Shown: piece after piece, positions 62,160 through 64,000 of the stretch
Numbering within the stretch: position 1 is the first letter of the stretch
How the letters are laid out: every line of letters starts with the position of its first letter
DNA from: Lepidodermella squamata
Lineage: Eukaryota; Animalia; Gastrotricha
NCBI GenBank assembly: GCA_047495785.1
Contig: JBLDXI010000017.1
Span: 1,302,001 to 1,366,000, forward strand
Direction of reading: 5' to 3'
DNA: 64,000 nt
The notes under the pieces: generated by a model
Told to the model about the DNA's origin: nothing
Seen by the model: the letters and a program-made list of their open reading frames with translations, nothing else
Database searches by the model: none
Translations under genes and position numbers: made by a program

Positions 62160-64000
62160 CTAATAATATTAAAAAAATTAAAAGTGGGCTTGCAAAAAAA
62201 TGTTGAATACAATTAAAGAGTCAAAATTTAAAATGTCAACAACCGCGGTTTGTTATTTGCTAATATTAATTATTTAGACTAACTAACAAGGTGAGATAGC
62301 AGTGCGAAAAAGGGGAAGAGAAAATGAAACAACAATAGATGGCTTTTTGTCGTATTACGATACTCCGATGTTGTAGCGTAAATGAAAACAAAGCATCAAC
62401 ACCTGCAGTGTTCGTGTTTGCAGCAGGGGGAAAAGCCGAAAAGAATTAACTTGATGTGAGCTAAGGTAGACAGGTAGGCAGGTAGTAATAATAAGTGGGC
62501 AGCGCGTAAAAATTCTCTGTAATTTAATGCTGAGAAGAGTGAAATAGATTAGCAAAAAGGTGTTGATGATACACATCGTGCGCGTACTAGTGAAGAAATT
62601 TAGACTAGCGCGCAGTCAAATTTTAAGGCCGAGCCAAGACGTGTAATAAAAACTCGCCGCGCGCGCGTCCGTCTACTTGACGGTTGTTTTATTAAACTGG
62701 CCTTTGCCCAGCTGCAGGCCGCAGCTGAGGTTTGTTGAAATTAATATTATCAAGTGGTCGCTGAAATTTCTGTCAAAAAGTGGCGACAAGCGACGACAAG
62801 TGAAAGCAGGGCTCGGCACACAAGCGAGTAATAAACAAGCGGCACTTGTAACATGGTAATTATTTGCGGCACGCACGTTTCAAAGAAAAACGCAAAATTT
62901 TTCTGAAAAACGCGACTAGATTAAATGATAATATTTATCGTGTTCGTTTCATCGCAGCGCTTGTTGACGTTTAAATTAACAACAACTGGTAGTAAATTCG
63001 TCAAACAACTGCATGTGTAAAAAATAGATGCCACTACTAGTTTTACAAGTGCTACTTTGAGCTTTTCACGATGCCTAGCAAAAATATAGTATTGATGGCC
63101 TTTTGAATCACTCTAATGCTATATATTGCGCTGCGCGTTTAGCAACGAGCATAGACGAATAATACTACTACAGTAAAAGCCGGCATGTCAAGGTAGAAAT
63201 TATCATCGATCAGAAAACCATAATTTTTTGAAATTCCTCGGCCGTGGAAAATTAGCTTGTTTTTGTTTACTTACCGCTACGCTATTACCTGGGTATTACA
63301 ATATTACAATGCGCGCGAGGGGAAATTCGATAAATTTCTATGCCGTCGCGGTCTCGCTCTCGCTCTCTATGTGACATTGATTTTGGATCAAATGTAAAAA
63401 ACTAGCCCTTTGGCATAATTTCGACTAGAGTCGCGGGATTAAATATTGATGACGATGGACGCGCCGACTGAGTAATTGCACGCGTAAAATGACTCACATG
63501 AAAAATGCACCGAGAGAAAATGGGCAGGTGACGAATTATTGCAGACGCAAGAAAAAAGTGCGTGGTCAGGTAGAAAAAACAGTGTGAATAAGCGATGCAA
63601 CTTTTTAGGTAAAACAAAAAATGGTTAACCTAAAAGTTGGCACGTTTAGGCGCTCCTTATATTTCAATTTGTTCACGTGATTGAGATAAATTTTGAAGGA
63701 TACATGATGCATCTATTCCCAAGCAATAAACGTAAGGTATAAAGCACGATTTTTTGTAAATATTTCGCGTCTTTAGTCTAATAATCGAATAAAACATTGG
63801 TGCTTTGATTTTAGGGTATTGAGTGCATAATTTAGGAAGAAGGTTGAAACAGTAGCTATTTTAGCAAGCTTCGTTGGAAATCCGGAATAATCTTCTATTA
63901 ACTTTTCCAGAAAAAAATCGCACAGCTTCGGAATTAAAGTACTGAGTGCTGCGAGATTCTAAAAAATCCCTACAATTTGTTAGATGGGCGATAAAGATCG

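Overview
Gene-dense eukaryotic (metazoan, invertebrate-like) genomic DNA with short AT-rich spliceosomal introns (mostly ~50-60 nt, many TTTCAG/TTTTAG acceptors). The ORF track splits nearly every gene, so all gene models were spliced by eye. From left to right: (1) 0.2-10.8 kb, a tandem array of five divergent Fos/ATF3-like bZIP genes whose basic-region exons are missing from the ORF track, interrupted by an intronless alpha-spectrin-repeat + RRM-like chimeric ORF. (2) 11.6-19.5 kb, a minus-strand block with two divergent actins bracketing two paralogous mucin-like single-pass proteins, a 4-TM MARVEL-like protein and a basic orphan. (3) A three-level nest of non-autonomous DNA transposons and an atypical NEK-like kinase. 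(4) A secreted two-repeat hydrophobic-hairpin + beta-trefoil protein (toxin-like architecture) and a Met/Pro-rich Kunitz protein. (5) An active and a catalytically dead neprilysin (M13) pair, the dead one ending inside a MITE. (6) DMAC2-like, then TRRAP only ~136 bp upstream of it, with a 3.3 kb intron of retroelement debris. (7) A small secreted PAN-domain protein and an FMN/Cappuccino formin. No rRNA, tRNA or CRISPR was seen. Family assignments come from remembered motifs; no database searches were run.
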